A stretch of 64,000 nucleotides of DNA, taken from contig JAHQWL010000083.1 in assembly GCA_029856155.1 (NCBI GenBank), forward strand, positions 38,514-102,513, read 5' to 3'. Below the pieces are notes generated by a model. The model saw only the letters and a program-made list of their open reading frames with translations. It was not told the DNA's origin and ran no database searches. Both the position numbers and the translations under genes were made by a program. The stretch's first letter is position 1. Every line of letters starts with the position of its first letter. The stretch comes from Promethearchaeia archaeon. GTDB taxonomy: Archaea; Asgardarchaeota; Lokiarchaeia; Sigyniarchaeales; SOKP01. Shown piece by piece: positions 41,760 through 51,078 of the stretch.

Positions 41760-42869
41760 ATGAGTAAACCAAGTTCTAAAAATGAAGAAAATATTGTATT
41801 TGTTGATGATGTTATAAAAGAACGACTTGGAAAGTATGGAGCAGTCTATTTTCCTTCAGATATTAAGGAAACTGTAGAAGATATCTTAGGAAATAAAATT
41901 AAAAAAGAAATTTTGGATGATTTTTTTAATGCTTTAAAAAAGTATGATGAATTTACTAAAAATTTGAAAAATACTAACTTGAGCCCAAATTTAACAGTAC
42001 TTCTATATGGGCCTCCCGGTACAGGAAAAACTTCCTTAACAAGAGGTTTTGCAAAGAAACATGATATTCCAATTTGTGTTGTAGAATCTGATAGACTGGT
42101 ATCACCTTTATTAGGGGATACTATTAAAAATATTCGAGGTGTTGTTGAATTAGCAGCTGAAATCGCCAAAGAAAGAGGTGCGTTTATTTTATTTTTTGAC
42201 GAGATAGACGCAATAGGCTCAGAACGATCCAATATACATGAAGTAGGAGAAATAAAACGAGCGGTTATTTCTTTTCTACAAGTCATAGATAGAATAAACT
42301 ACGAGGGTGTACCTCTAGCGATTTTTGGCGCAACAAATCATCAACATCAGCTAGATTCGGCAATATGGCGTCGTTTTACATTCCATTTTAAATTTGATTT
42401 CCCAGATTTTCGTTTAAGAAAAAAAATTATTGAATCTTTCATGGAAAAACTAAAAAATGCGAAAATTGGTGTTGATGACTTGATTTTTTCGAACTTGAAT
42501 AATGAATATAAAGAATTTTTAGCAATATCAAAAGAACTAGAAACGAAATTAGGACATACTATTTCTGAATTTAATGATAATATTTTTTTGGAAGAATTGA
42601 GAAAAAAAAATAAATTACCGGGGCTTCTAGGATTAACATATGGTTATTCTGGTTCTGATATTGAAAGGGGGACGAAAGTTGCTTTATTAAAGGCAATCAA
42701 TACAGGGCTTTTAACATACGATATTTTTTATGATTCCATAAAATTAGTTGGTGGTACCGCTATTCATGTTGAGAGACAAGATGTTTTAAGTGAAGCAAGA
42801 CAAAATAAAACTTATATAAGTAGAAATGAGGGAAAAAAAAATAAATTATTAGGTCCTCCTGATATATAA
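41760..42869 (+). CDS. Single-ring classical AAA+ ATPase
   Basis: GPPGTGKT, FFDEID, ATNH..LDSAIWRRF, GYSGSDI. Confidence 0.92.
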   Translation: MSKPSSKNEENIVFVDDVIKERLGKYGAVYFPSDIKETVEDILGNKIKKEILDDFFNALKKYDEFTKNLKNTNLSPNLTVLLYGPPGTGKTSLTRGFAKKHDIPICVVESDRLVSPLLGDTIKNIRGVVELAAEIAKERGAFILFFDEIDAIGSERSNIHEVGEIKRAVISFLQVIDRINYEGVPLAIFGATNHQHQLDSAIWRRFTFHFKFDFPDFRLRKKIIESFMEKLKNAKIGVDDLIFSNLNNEYKEFLAISKELETKLGHTISEFNDNIFLEELRKKNKLPGLLGLTYGYSGSDIERGTKVALLKAINTGLLTYDIFYDSIKLVGGTAIHVERQDVLSEARQNKTYISRNEGKKNKLLGPPDI

Positions 42870-42912
42870 ATAAAATATAATTAATTATATTACAATTAAG
42901 TTCTTTAAAATT

Positions 42913-43953
42913 ATGATCAACAGCCAATTATTCGATCTAGAAAAAATCAAGAAATTTACTCTTCCTATCGAAGAACTCCAAATAAAATTGAATGAATTAA
43001 CTCAAACCTCTAACTATGTTATGGAAAATATCCAAACTATTGAAAGACAGTTTAAAGATCAAAATTTTCTTTTCCAAATAGAAACCGTCGAAAAATTATT
43101 CAAAAATATCAATATCCAATTGAACAAAATATCAAGAACTAATCTTAAAAAATTTCTAGATTTACAGGATCGATTAATTAGAAAATATAAAGAAAACTTT
43201 AAAGATAAATTGAAAACTTTAAACCTAAATGAAGAATTGACAAAATTGATAGGATTATCTTTAATTGAAGATAAAAAAATTAGTAAAATCATCGATTTTG
43301 TTTCTTTTATTCCTTCAATTGAAATTCCAGAATGGTTAGATCTCTTGGATTCCTTAAAAAATAATACAATTTTTCTGAAATCGGTAAAAAAAATAAGAAA
43401 TTATTATCAAGAATTATTAAAAGCAAGACTTGAATTAGAATTGAGAAAAGTTCCTGAGGATACAGATCCAATATTAATAAAAGACTATAAAAATTATTTC
43501 GAAAAGACTCCCACTTTAACATTTAACACTTTCATGGAAAAAATAGAGAGTCAGTTAACTCAGCAAGAAATATCAGTCAAAAAAGGAGTTATTAAAAAGG
43601 TTAGAGAGAAAGAAGAATTAGAAAAACTAAAAAAGAAACAAGAAGAACAAAAGGAAACATATGAAAATTATTTAAAGCATTCTGATAGCTAATTTAAACG
43701 AATGAGGCGGAAGAAACGCAGAGAAAAATTAACAGAAATCTCCCCAGAATCTAAAGGAAAAAAAGATATTGAATTAACTGATGAAGTTTCTGAAAAAATT
43801 AAGAAATTTAAATCTCAGCTTGAGAAAAGTTTTGATGAAAAATATATGATTCAAAAAGATGAAGATAAAGATCCTCTTGATTTAATAAGAGAAAGAAAGA
43901 AAAGAAAAGAAAAAGAGTACAAGAACTATAAAGACCATTTTGAAAAACCATAA
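42913..43953 (+). pseudogene. Coiled-coil protein interrupted by one in-frame TAA (43690-43692); nonsense mutation or sequence error
   Basis: The 259-aa and 83-aa ORFs share a frame: ...YLKHSDS*FKRMRRKKRREK... Confidence 0.65.
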
Positions 43954-43958
43954 TTAAA

Positions 43959-45590
43959 ATGAACAAGGTATTAATTATTCAAAAAGATAATTTTATTATA
44001 TCCATTGGCTCAAATGATGTTCCAATTAAAAATAAATTTACATTAATTAATGGAAAAATAAAAAAGAATCTATTAAATAAATATAAAAATAATTTGTTTC
44101 TTGAAATTTCTAAAAATTTAAATAAAATTCCTATAGAAAAATATATTGGGTTTTTACAAGAAGAATCTGAAGAATTTCATGAATTACTGAAATCCAGAAG
44201 ATTACTAAATTTTATACACGAATATCGTAAAATAGTTTCTAGTAATATAATCCTCTTTTCTCAATATAATGAAGTTGTAGATAATTTAATTCTAATCCTA
44301 AGATACAATCTACTTTTAAAAAAAAAGGAATCTCTATTAAAAGAATTAGAATTATCAAAACAGTATAAAAAATCAAGTGACATTACCGCTAGTACAGATT
44401 TAATAAAAAAATTGAATGAATCCTTGGCTATTAATAAAAAAAACCTAAAGTTTTTAGAGGAAGATTATTTTCAACGGAAAAACCAAGTTGATCAGATTAA
44501 AAAAACAATAAGTGAATATACTTCAAAAATTCAAGAATTAACTAAACAAAAAAAACAGTATTTTAGTCAAATTAATAAAATCACACGAGAAATGACTGGA
44601 GACCCCCCAGAACCAAAAAAGGAATTACGTAATAATATCACAGAGTCTGGCAACAAGATAACAAATGCAGATAAAATAAAAAATTTTCAAAAGAAAGCAA
44701 AAGAGATTCAGTTTGAAATTACTAAAATAAAGTCTAAAAAAAGTCAAACACAATTTAAACTAGAGGAAATAACCCTTGTTTTTGAAATATATGAAAAAGA
44801 TTATCAAGAATTGGTAGAGTTGATCAATAATGAGGAAAAAAGAATAATTGATCTTCAATCTGAACTTAAAAATAAAATTAAAGATGAAGAAAATACACTC
44901 ATTCAGGATCTTGATTTAATTGATTTGAAATCATTTAAACCCTCACAAGAAATTAAAGATGATTTAAAAAAAACAGAATCTGAATTAAATAACATAATCC
45001 TTACAAAATATTTCAATATTCCCCGGAATCCTAATGATTTATCTCCTATCACTAAAAAACTAAAGGATTTAGATGAAAAAATAAAAAATCCAGAATCAAA
45101 AATTATAATCACAATAAATGAAAAAGATATTTTGGAATCTTTTGAAGAATTTAGAAGATTGGAGAAGCATCTTAACGAGATCGAATCCTTGGTAAATAAA
45201 TTTTTAACAGAAATAAACATAAAGTCTCAGCTTAGAATTATTGTAAATGATGATAATAAGTACTTCTTTATTGAAATTACATTCATAAGAAATGATAAAG
45301 AAAAAGTTGATTTTGATGGGTTAACTACTCCTGAAAAAATATTTTTCATTATAGCATTTTATATCTCAATTAAACTTAATATCAAAATAGAAAATATTAT
45401 TTTTTCAAATATATCAATCTTAAGCAAATATGACAAAGCAGGTTCCATTTATAGAACAATCAGAAAAATTTTACCAATTTTCGAAAGGGAGTATAATTTA
45501 TCAAGATTTAATTTAATCTTTATCATTTCAAATTTAGAATTAAAAAGAGAAATTAAAAATTTAAAAATTAATACTATACAAGAGAGCTGA
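43959..45590 (+). CDS. Short SMC-like coiled-coil protein with degenerate ABC-head motifs
   Basis: N-terminal KFTLINGK (Walker A remnant), long coiled coil, C-terminal GLTTPEKIFFIIAF (signature remnant), IIFSN in place of Walker B DE. Confidence 0.6.
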   Translation: MNKVLIIQKDNFIISIGSNDVPIKNKFTLINGKIKKNLLNKYKNNLFLEISKNLNKIPIEKYIGFLQEESEEFHELLKSRRLLNFIHEYRKIVSSNIILFSQYNEVVDNLILILRYNLLLKKKESLLKELELSKQYKKSSDITASTDLIKKLNESLAINKKNLKFLEEDYFQRKNQVDQIKKTISEYTSKIQELTKQKKQYFSQINKITREMTGDPPEPKKELRNNITESGNKITNADKIKNFQKKAKEIQFEITKIKSKKSQTQFKLEEITLVFEIYEKDYQELVELINNEEKRIIDLQSELKNKIKDEENTLIQDLDLIDLKSFKPSQEIKDDLKKTESELNNIILTKYFNIPRNPNDLSPITKKLKDLDEKIKNPESKIIITINEKDILESFEEFRRLEKHLNEIESLVNKFLTEINIKSQLRIIVNDDNKYFFIEITFIRNDKEKVDFDGLTTPEKIFFIIAFYISIKLNIKIENIIFSNISILSKYDKAGSIYRTIRKILPIFEREYNLSRFNLIFIISNLELKREIKNLKINTIQES

Positions 45591-45595
45591 TTTTA

Positions 45596-46099
45596 TTGTC
45601 AACAGTAAAAAACAATTTTAATGAAATAATAAAAAATATTACAAAACTTATTTTAACGAATCCTCAAAAAATTGTGAGGGAAGAAGATCTTAAAAATTTA
45701 AGCAAAAATTTTGATTTTGAAGAAATTATGAGTGATGTATATTTGAATTTAAGAAATGTAGGTTTTGAGCTTATAAGAACAAAATTCATTGAACAACAAT
45801 TTTATATTTTAACTTCTGATGGTAAAGATGATAATATTACACCATCCCAATATGGCATTTTAGCCCTAATAATAGCTTTAAGTAAGGAAGTTGATGAAAA
45901 TATAAAAATTGATGATTTGAAAGAAATTTTTGCCGAACTATGGGATACAGATGTTCAATTTCTAATCAATAATGATTATTTAAGAAAGTTTGACGATTTA
46001 GGACTAATTAAAGTGACACCATTGGGGAAAGCAACTATGAAAAATATCATCAAGGATCTACAATTAAAAAATATACTTAATGTATTTGAAAATGAATGA
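45596..46099 (+). CDS. Tandem winged-helix protein (KITE/ScpB/JetB/Nse-like)
   Basis: LRNVGFELI...FYIL, TPSQYGILALIIAL, L...DYL...IKVTPLG. Confidence 0.55.
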   Translation: MSTVKNNFNEIIKNITKLILTNPQKIVREEDLKNLSKNFDFEEIMSDVYLNLRNVGFELIRTKFIEQQFYILTSDGKDDNITPSQYGILALIIALSKEVDENIKIDDLKEIFAELWDTDVQFLINNDYLRKFDDLGLIKVTPLGKATMKNIIKDLQLKNILNVFENE

Positions 46100-46130
46100 A
46101 ATCAAAAAATTTAAAAAAATAAAAAAAAAG

Positions 46131-46559
46131 TTATTCTTCAGGTGGACTTTCTAAATCCATTTTAAATTGTTCAAAAATCTTTTTTACACGTTCTGCTGAA
46201 GGACCCGTTCCTCTTACTTCATTTTCATCTACTATAATTTTACCATTTAATATTGAAATGATATTTTGATCTTCAATATAATTAACATGCCCTTTTGAAA
46301 ATATGGTTGCGATCCGTTCCGCTAGTGCAACCATTGGAAAAGGTTCTTCTTCTAAACTCACATAATTATAAAATCCGCTTCTAATAAACAATTTTGGAAA
46401 TGGTTTGTTTTTTTCATTTTTTGCATTAACGAGAATCAGATTTGAATCCTCAGAAACTCCTTTTAATTGTCCAACAAAGAATTTATCTTTATCAAGATAA
46501 ACTTTAACAATCTTATCAATTAACGTGCCTAACTCTGTATTATATTGCCTTATTGACAT
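46131..46559 (-). CDS. Sm/Lsm protein with C-terminal domain (SmAP3-like)
   Basis: Sm motifs DKIVKV...F.G.L.G....NLIL.NA and FIRSG; C-terminal V.GTGP.AERV. Confidence 0.85.
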   Translation of the reverse strand: MSIRQYNTELGTLIDKIVKVYLDKDKFFVGQLKGVSEDSNLILVNAKNEKNKPFPKLFIRSGFYNYVSLEEEPFPMVALAERIATIFSKGHVNYIEDQNIISILNGKIIVDENEVRGTGPSAERVKKIFEQFKMDLESPPEE

Positions 46560-46623
46560 AATACTTCAGAACTTTCGTAGTTAATATTATAATTATATTC
46601 TTTTGTTTTTATTCTTAATTCAA

Positions 46624-47280
46624 CTAATTTAAAATACAATTTATAAGTTTGGAGATATTTTCTCCAGTTGTAGCACTTGTAGTGAAAACTTTAAGCTTTG
46701 GATTAATCTCCATTGCATCTTTTATCATATCTTCAATATTCACATCTATAACATCTTTTAAATCAATCTTATTGATAACCGCAATATCTGAATATTTAAA
46801 TAGCATTGGATGTTTTCGAATAACCCATGGACCTTCAGTTATAGAGACTATTACAATCCGTTTCTCAGTACCTAATATAAAATCAGAAGGACAAATTAGA
46901 TTTCCAACATTTTCTATAAAAATAATGTCAACTTCATTTAAATCATAGTTTTTTAAAACCTGAGAGATGTGATATGAATTAAGAGCACATTCTTTCCCAG
47001 TATTAATTTGGATAGTTTGCACCCCAAATTTTTCAATTCTATCTGCATCTATTCTAGTGGCGACATCACCATTTATAACAAAAAGCTTATAATCTTTTCC
47101 AATTCTCTCTGCAATATTTTCAATAATCGCTGTTTTACCTGCACCTATAGCACCTACTAAATCGAAAGATCTTATCTTTTTCTTTTTTAATAATTGTTTA
47201 TTTTGTTCTGCTAATCTATCATTATTTTCAATTAAATCTTCATTTAATTCTATGATTCGTGAGGTTTTTTTTTCAGACAT
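46624..47280 (-). CDS. hypB: Hydrogenase nickel incorporation GTPase HypB
   Basis: GAIGAGKT, INTGKEC, ENVGNLICP, SITEG, NKID. Confidence 0.93.
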   Translation of the reverse strand: MSEKKTSRIIELNEDLIENNDRLAEQNKQLLKKKKIRSFDLVGAIGAGKTAIIENIAERIGKDYKLFVINGDVATRIDADRIEKFGVQTIQINTGKECALNSYHISQVLKNYDLNEVDIIFIENVGNLICPSDFILGTEKRIVIVSITEGPWVIRKHPMLFKYSDIAVINKIDLKDVIDVNIEDMIKDAMEINPKLKVFTTSATTGENISKLINCILN

Positions 47281-47381
47281 CTTAAATATTCGATTGCTAT
47301 TTTGAATTTAATAGAATATAAAAATAAAGACTTATTCCTTGATAATTTTTATGAATACGAATGGAATATATAGATTAGTTT

Positions 47382-48323
47382 CTATCTAGTGGGAAATTGA
47401 TACTTATAGATAATATAAGCTCCTAAAATTCCTCCTAATTCTGGTAAGTAAAATACGATATAAGCAAGGTCATACCAAGCGAATAGCAAGACAGGAAATA
47501 GCCTAAGTATTATTATAATCAACAAAAAAGATCTTCCATTCATTCTAACTGGAAGGAAATACATAAAGGCAGTAATTTTTTTATTCATAATTGGAAATAG
47601 TGAATATGATAATAACCCTAATATTCCCCCCCAAGCTAATCCCGTATAGAGAATATAAGAATTTATGGGATATATAGATATTAATGAAAATCTCAATAAA
47701 ACGTAGAATAATGCTGTAAATAGACTGCAAACTATATACAATTTTATTAAAAATTTTGTCCCTAGGCTTAATTCAATATTTCTAGCCATAAAATATAAAA
47801 TAAAAAGCATAATAAATAAGAAGAATAAACTTATCACATCACCAGAACTAACAAAAAGACTAGTAAAAATAGTATAGTATGTGAATTTATAAACTAATCC
47901 ATGTAAACTTAAATAGAAGTATTCTGGTATATAATTATACGTAAAAACTAAACCAACTATCGAGAATATTATAATCATAATAAACAAGCTTTTAGTGCCT
48001 TGATATTGCGAATGCTTTTCATAAGATTTCTGATAACTCCTTAATGTTCTCTCTCTTTGCTTTTCTTGTCTTTTTAAATACTTCTTTAAAGGTCTCGGCT
48101 CTTTATCTAAATAAGCACGAGATTGGGACTTTCTTATTTCAGTATCTTCGTATCGTCTTTTAGGTTCTTTTAGAGTAGTAGGAACAACTGGTACATGTTT
48201 TAACTCAAATGTACACTCGTGATTTTCGGGTAAACGATGCTTTTTACAAAAAGTTCCACCACAATATTTACATGTGAATGGTAAATAACTAATTTGATTT
48301 CCACAAAATTCGCAATATGTCAG
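47382..48323 (-). CDS. AN1 zinc finger fused to a rhomboid-like membrane domain (probable CTG start; 313 aa)
   Basis: Frame stays open 112 codons upstream of the listed start: TYCEFCG...[24 protein letters not shown]; GGTGA precedes the CTG at 48323. Confidence 0.8.
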   Translation of the reverse strand: MTYCEFCGNQISYLPFTCKYCGGTFCKKHRLPENHECTFELKHVPVVPTTLKEPKRRYEDTEIRKSQSRAYLDKEPRPLKKYLKRQEKQRERTLRSYQKSYEKHSQYQGTKSLFIMIIIFSIVGLVFTYNYIPEYFYLSLHGLVYKFTYYTIFTSLFVSSGDVISLFFLFIMLFILYFMARNIELSLGTKFLIKLYIVCSLFTALFYVLLRFSLISIYPINSYILYTGLAWGGILGLLSYSLFPIMNKKITAFMYFLPVRMNGRSFLLIIIILRLFPVLLFAWYDLAYIVFYLPELGGILGAYIIYKYQFPTR

Positions 48324-48501
48324 CCTAGTTCACCAAGAAAGCACTAAATTAATTCAAATACTTCTATTAAGAATTAAAAAGTTAATTATTTAAAATTATC
48401 ATCCTTCATAATTTTTACTTTTCATTTTTTTCATTAAATCATGAAAGATCTAAAATTTATTAAAAAAGTTGTTCTATTAAAAATTAACTTCTATTTTATA
48501 A

Positions 48502-49488
48502 TCATGTTATATATGGACTAGTAGGTAAATAAATGAACAAATAAGTTGCTATTAATAGCACTAATAATGAACCACAGAGTATAATATATACTTTTTTATT
48601 CCATTTCCAAATATTTTGCCCATCAAGGATGCCAATAGGAATCATATTAAACGATCCTAGCATGAAGTTTAAATTCGCCGCATAACATAAAAACAAATTG
48701 AGTGGATAAGTTTGGATTATAAAAGAGATTATGAAAAGGATAGTACCATATACGAGATTAACTGTAGGGCCAGCGGCTTTACATAAACCGGTAGTTCTAT
48801 CAATTTTACTTAAACCTAAAACTACTACAGCACCTGGTAGAGCTAATGAGGGGAAAGTTGAACCACTAGATATTAATGAATATAGCCCAAATATTACCCC
48901 GGTAACTGTTAATATCATTCCAAAAGTTAACAATCTAAATTTGGTTTGAAGTCCAAAATGAACTGCTACTTGTCTATGCCCTAATTCATGAAAGAGAAAA
49001 GCTGTAGCATAAAAACCTGCTAACATAAAAATTGCCCATCCGTATCCCATAGTAATTAATTGTTGGTTGAAGAAAGTTAATATTCCAATAAAAAAAATCA
49101 GAGAAACACCAACTATAAAATGAAATAATTCTGATTTATGAGCTAATAAGATTCCTTTGAATTTAATACCTGAATCAGGATCAAATGCATCTACAGGAAT
49201 TTGACTTTCTTGGCGATACCAAGTATATGTTCCATCTGTAGTACCTCTTATGACTCCGGGGGTGTCTGTTTGTTGATATGTTTGTTCATGAGATACATGT
49301 ATTACTTGAGGAGGCGAAACATAAGTTTGAGGCTCTGATGATAATTGTTCTAACCTTAAACTTTCGATTATAATATTACAATCATGATTTATGGGCTCTT
49401 TATGTCTTGCACAATAATAATATCCACAATTATTGCATTTAAAGAGTTCTCCAATTATTTCTTCACCACAATGAGCACAATTTGCCAT
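48502..49488 (-). CDS. AN1 zinc finger fused to an M50/site-2 metalloprotease
   Basis: CAHCG...CNNCGYYYCARH..P..HDC; HELGH; AAGP..N; FNMIP...LDG. Confidence 0.9.
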   Translation of the reverse strand: MANCAHCGEEIIGELFKCNNCGYYYCARHKEPINHDCNIIIESLRLEQLSSEPQTYVSPPQVIHVSHEQTYQQTDTPGVIRGTTDGTYTWYRQESQIPVDAFDPDSGIKFKGILLAHKSELFHFIVGVSLIFFIGILTFFNQQLITMGYGWAIFMLAGFYATAFLFHELGHRQVAVHFGLQTKFRLLTFGMILTVTGVIFGLYSLISSGSTFPSLALPGAVVVLGLSKIDRTTGLCKAAGPTVNLVYGTILFIISFIIQTYPLNLFLCYAANLNFMLGSFNMIPIGILDGQNIWKWNKKVYIILCGSLLVLLIATYLFIYLPTSPYIT

Positions 49489-49708
49489 AATTACGACCTA
49501 AAATGAGTTATTTTATTTATCAAAAGAATTATATTTTAATAAATTATAAAATTAAAGATTTAAAATTTTATTTAGAATTCTAGTTCTTTATAATTTAATA
49601 GAGATCTTAAATTTTCTCTCCTAAGGCTTATTAATGTTAAATTAAGAAAATTATATTAAACTGTAATATACTAATTAATTAATATTAAGGATTTCATAAG
49701 TGTGTATT

Positions 49709-49870
49709 ATGAGTGAAGATGAAAATGAAAATGAAATGTCATTAGATGAGGAGCGTAAGAAATTAAAAGACTTGGGGGTCACAAGTACATGGGATATTTT
49801 AACTACTGGAGAAAAGAAAAAGAAAAGGCCTGAAGACGAGGATAAACCAGCCTTTAGGGAATTCAAATGA
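49709..49870 (+). CDS. 53-aa charged microprotein (not in ORF track)
   Basis: MSEDENENEMSLDEERKKLKDLGVTSTWDILTTGEKKKKRPEDEDKPAFREFK; purine-rich coding-like island in AT-rich intergenic DNA. Confidence 0.6.
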   Translation: MSEDENENEMSLDEERKKLKDLGVTSTWDILTTGEKKKKRPEDEDKPAFREFK

Positions 49871-50426
49871 TGTCTTTGATAATTCCTAATCTTTTCTAAA
49901 TAAGATACTATTCTTTTTTTTAAATTAAGACATTTAATTACTATAGAATATTATTTCAATTTGAGGTTATTTTGTCTACGCCTGTTTCAATTCACGATGG
50001 ATCATTTACTACAAATACAATTATTCTCAACAAATTTACTTGTTCTTTATATTTCACTCGTTTGGGGCTCGACATTACCATTATTATTAGAATTTTATTT
50101 ATTTTTAAAACTGCTACAATATGATTTTTTTCTATTCATTTTGCTATTAATATATCAATTTTATGTTAGATATATAATTTTAGTGTCTAGTTCTATTATA
50201 ATAGCAAAAATCTTTTTACTAATAATCAATTTCATTCATATACCTAAGGAAAAAGGTCTTTGGAAGAAAGTAAACAGATAGAAACGAATTGAAAAGAATT
50301 GCATATATTTTAGTCAACCCGCGAAAAAATGGAAAAAAAATAATAATATTTTAAATTAAACAAAAAATAATTATAGTTCAAAAAATTCTATTTAAATATT
50401 ATCACAAGATTTAGGGAGCTTGAAAA

Positions 50427-50693
50427 ATGGGTATTAAGGTATATTGTCCTACATGTGAGAAAATCGTCGTATTACGCCGGAAAAACTTCGATCACGTCTA
50501 TCATGAGATCCTCTGTTTTATGGTAATCCTCACTCTCGGTTTGGGCTTTATTATCTATTATATATTAAAATATGCAAAAAAGCCTAATACTTGTCCCAAT
50601 TGTGAATCTATTTTTGATTTAAACAATCTTTCTACAAAAATGATTAATATTAATCAACCATTTAGGTCTAGTAGTACATTTACACTTTCTTAG
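50427..50693 (+). CDS. Small LITAF-like zinc-ribbon membrane protein
   Basis: CPTC, hydrophobic segment, CPNC; GGGAG upstream. Confidence 0.7.
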   Translation: MGIKVYCPTCEKIVVLRRKNFDHVYHEILCFMVILTLGLGFIIYYILKYAKKPNTCPNCESIFDLNNLSTKMININQPFRSSSTFTLS

Positions 50694-50946
50694 TTTTCAA
50701 TTTTTTGTTGCATCTAGGACAAATTATATCATCATCAGTAAGTTCTTTTTTCATAATTATTTTTTGATATTTACATTTTGCATTTGGGCAAATAAGTATA
50801 CATTTTATTAACTGATTTGATGGTTTCTCATGAAGTTTCTTTATTGCTTTTTCACTTTTGTCTTTTTTGGTTTGATTGGGGGATTCCTTGTCATTCCTTA
50901 TTTTTTTTGCGTTATCTTCTGGCTTGAGCCATTTATCTAAACCCAT
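50680..50946 (-). CDS. Small zinc-ribbon protein
   Basis: CPNAKC...CPRC. Confidence 0.7.
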   Translation of the reverse strand: MGLDKWLKPEDNAKKIRNDKESPNQTKKDKSEKAIKKLHEKPSNQLIKCILICPNAKCKYQKIIMKKELTDDDIICPRCNKKLKTKKV

Positions 50947-51078
50947 TCGAACTCACTTTAGAAATTTCTTATATTATGAAGACTTAAGACATGCAATTAA
51001 ATAATTGCTTCCTATAAATAAAAACTAATAAATAAAAAAAGAGAAAAAAATAAAAGTTTGTTTAACATGAATAGAATC

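Noticed and set aside
43690-43692. TAA as part of another BHB intron or a recoded stop
   Set aside because: No apparent extra sequence or BHB, and TAA is not a Sec/Pyl codon; a point change suffices
49961-50281. 106-aa hydrophobic ORF
   Set aside because: Low-complexity AT-rich translation with no SD or motif; likely spurious
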